A stretch of 63,762 nt of DNA, filler included. It is 12 parts of 12 records of this genome, joined end to end, with 100 filler letters (N's around TTAATTAATTAA, not from the genome) between each part and the next. Parts side by side here need not be neighbours in the genome. Positions count along the whole stretch, not along the records: positions 60,055 to 63,762 come from SRR15195285_3282; 11 more parts are not named here. One strand, written 5' to 3'. Position numbers and translations under genes: made by a program. Numbering within the stretch: position 1 is the first letter of the stretch; every line of letters begins with the position of its first letter. The notes under the pieces were generated by a model. It was not told the DNA's origin. It was given only the letters and a program-made list of their open reading frames with translations, and ran no database searches. Below, one piece after another: positions 61,173-63,762 of the stretch.

Positions 61173-63186
61173 TCATCTTCGTACTTGATGGCGAGACATT
61201 GTCTCGATCGGCTGCCCGTGCAAGCGACAAACATGCGCTGTGAGAACCGCGAACAAGTGAGCAGCAACGCAGGAGCGCGTGCGGCAGCGACGAGGCTGCG
61301 CAGCGTATAGCGATGGCATATTACACCTCCATGGGCGGAGCCGCTGGGAATCCGGCTGTCGCAGGTGCGTCGGTGTAATAGTGCATCATGGAGCGCTGGC
61401 TCAACCAGTGACGATATGAGTCATCAGGCACCGCGAGCACGGCCCGAAGGAATGCGATGGTGCTTTGCACTTCTGGCTCCGAGAATGCCTCCAGCGGGAG
61501 GATTGCGTCGTTCGCAAGTGATGAGTAGAATATATCTGCGCGGCAAGATGAACACATACACGGAGTGAGACGTAGGCGACGCGCGTTGCTTGAGCCAGGT
61601 CAAGAGAACATCTGCGTCTGCTACAATCGATGCATACATACCTCGTGCCACCATTTTGTGCAGTACCACTTTCTTTGGATCAACCACACCATGAGGCCCG
61701 GGGACAATGGGTTGCTCTTCTGCCTCCCACTGTGACGGTGCTTCAGTCCGCGGGGCCAGGCCAGCACGCTCGAGCAGTGCCGCCTTCAGCTTGCTTAGCA
61801 CCCTGCAATGCGAAGAGGTGTACGAATGAGTAAGCAGGTTGCAGGTAGCACGCGCGGCGACTGGGGCACGCCAAAACAAGATAGAGGCCAGCTTTACAAG
61901 CACTGGCAAAGGTCGAATAACGTGCGCCCTTACATCTGCTCCAGCGGCGTTGGCCGTGGTCGCGACGGCGGCGGTGCGAGTGCTTGCCCAGAACCGCCAG
62001 GAGCAGCCTGTGCTTCCTCTTCCACCACCGCTAGCTGCTGTGCAGCAGCACAACGTTCAACGATCATCTCCAAAATGGCTGCGTATACCTTGTGCTTGCG
62101 CAGGAAGCGTGCCTGAGCCTTGGCGCGCTTCTTTGCAGCTAGAAAAGCCATCTGGTGCCGCCGTGCTTTCGCTGCCGCCGAGCCCGACCCCACACCGGAA
62201 ACCGTCTTGGCCACCCGCAGCTTGGAGTGAGCCCGCTGCTCACGCTGGTCTTTCTGATCTTCCAGCTTCTCTAGCAGTTCGTTGTTCGCCTTAGAATTCA
62301 CCAGCCGCCAATTTCTGCCATGTTCATTCATGCGTTTCTGCACGTCCCGGTTCTTACGCGAGTGCAACTCGTCGAGCATCTCATTCAGCATGCTATCCTC
62401 ATGTTCCTCCTCCGACGGTTCGTCCTCCGATGTCTCCGGTTCATCGGCCTCGAACGCATCGTCGGCATACTCGTCCTCATTTTCACCCATCTCGCTCTCG
62501 TTCTCATCCTCATGCCGCGGCGACATCTTGGCGAAGCTGGTCGGTTGCCTCGCCGCGATTTTTGCCCGGTGCTGCTTCGCGTCAGACTCAAAGGTCGACT
62601 GAACGGCCGGCCCTTTCGACTTTATGACAGGCATCGGGGGCAGTGGCATGTGGTCTGGGCTTGTCTCCTGCTCGGGCGCACCCTTTTTCTTGCCATGGCG
62701 ACCCTTCGTCTTGCGCTGCACCTTCTTGGTATCCGCGTGGCCGTGCTCACGCCGCGTGTTCATGTTGTTCTCTCGTACAGTCGCAGCCGCCAGCTGCTGA
62801 GTATGCAACAGAGGGTTCTCCATAACATCTTGCAGGTCCTGCCCCGCCTTGCAGGCCGGGATGGCGCGCGAAGAGCGCCGTATCTCGCGGCGCAAGTGCG
62901 AGAAGGCCGCCGCGTTGTAGTCAACTACGCGATCGCTCGGGTCGTGGATCATCGGCAGCCACTGCGAGTTTTCGGCCCCTTGCTTCCCGGCTTTCACCTT
63001 GCCGGAACCTCGCTTGCGGCGCCCGCGCGGCGTCTCGCACAGGTCCAGCTCCGGTGTGCCGATCGGGCAGTAGGCACCAGCCGCACTGAGCCAGCCGCGC
63101 CGATCGCCAACTGCCTTGCTCGAACTTCCCGAAACCTTCGGCAGCAGCCGCCGCGCCACCGCCACCGCATCTTCGCGCGTGGCCAT
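61173..63186 (-). CDS. Hypothetical multi-exon protein (charged, low complexity)
   Basis: Long ORF from the ATG at 63186 plus downstream ORF segments bounded by GT/AG. No family recognised; 3' exons are tentative. Confidence 0.55.
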
Positions 63187-63762
63187 GCCCGCCCCGCACG
63201 ACAGCTCGCCCCAAGAGCCTGCACACGCACTACGCCTGCGCGCACCACCCAGCTCGCGTAGCAACGGTGACACTGTCCCGCCGGTTCCGGCTGGTTCGCC
63301 ACACAACGCCAGCCGACCCGACAACGCAGCCCAACCGGCTCTGCCAGCCAGCAGCCAAGGCCAGCCCGGCCAGCCCAGCAACCAAGCAAGCAAGCAGGCT
63401 CCCGTGCCGTGCCGTGCCGTACCGTGCTGTGCTCTCGATCAGCTAGCAGCAGGCGGTGGGGCCTCGAGCAGCGCTCTATGACGCTGCGCAGCGATGGAGC
63501 GGGCCAGCCCAGCCCCACACGGTGTACACAAGTAAAAACACCGACCCCACTACAAACTCGTACACATATATCGAAGGTGGCTCTGATTTTGTATACACAT
63601 GCATTGGAAAATAATGCCACTTTGTTCACGGCGTATTTTTCTCGGTACAAGTTGCTGCCGGTGGGTTTCTCTCACGGGCTGGGTCAGAACTACACACATT
63701 TCAGGAGTGATCTTCGGGAAATGCAGCGACCCTCGAGGTGGTCAATGGGAGTCAACTGTATT

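Noticed and set aside
1-63762. Prokaryotic defence systems, CRISPR arrays, rRNA or tRNA genes
   Set aside because: None were recognised. The window is intron-containing eukaryotic DNA; small RNA genes could be missed by eye.

Overview
The window is not one continuous locus. It is 12 short contigs (about 3.4-9.6 kb) joined by 11 artificial 100-nt spacers (N44-TTAATTAATTAA-N44), so gene neighbourhood across spacers means nothing. The DNA is from a GC-rich, gene-dense eukaryote with short GT-AG introns of about 75-135 nt. The gene content and pervasive Glu-Pro repeats suggest a marine heterotrophic protist single-cell or metagenome assembly. Picozoa is my recollection-based guess and is not proven. 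Recognisable genes: a USP deubiquitinase, an EF-hand/coiled-coil protein, a sulfatase, a polycystin-1-like REJ/GPS protein, ankyrin and LRR proteins, FPGS, a carboxylesterase, an amidohydrolase, a bacterial-type serine hydrolase, a GNAT, a TRPC-like channel, a pectin acetylesterase-GH fusion, a CNBD channel tail, an IQ-repeat protein, a GH2 beta-galactosidase, a Cu/Zn-family SOD, VPS29 and a Copia fragment. The best candidate for a new system is the 5'-truncated gene at 5549-9375. By eye it strings together an HRDC-like segment, a dead Nudix, two RNase III-like domains (one Mini-III-like, one catalytically dead), WG/GW Argonaute-hook motifs, a La motif, an FKBP-type TPR-like region and an Stc1-like zinc finger, which suggests a non-canonical all-in-one small-RNA processing protein. 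Also notable are two 94-nt, 89%-identical introns at non-equivalent positions of one gene (introner-like intron gain) and a CH-PH-PH protein fused to a pseudo-phosphagen kinase. All domain calls are by-eye motif recognition; no database searches were run.
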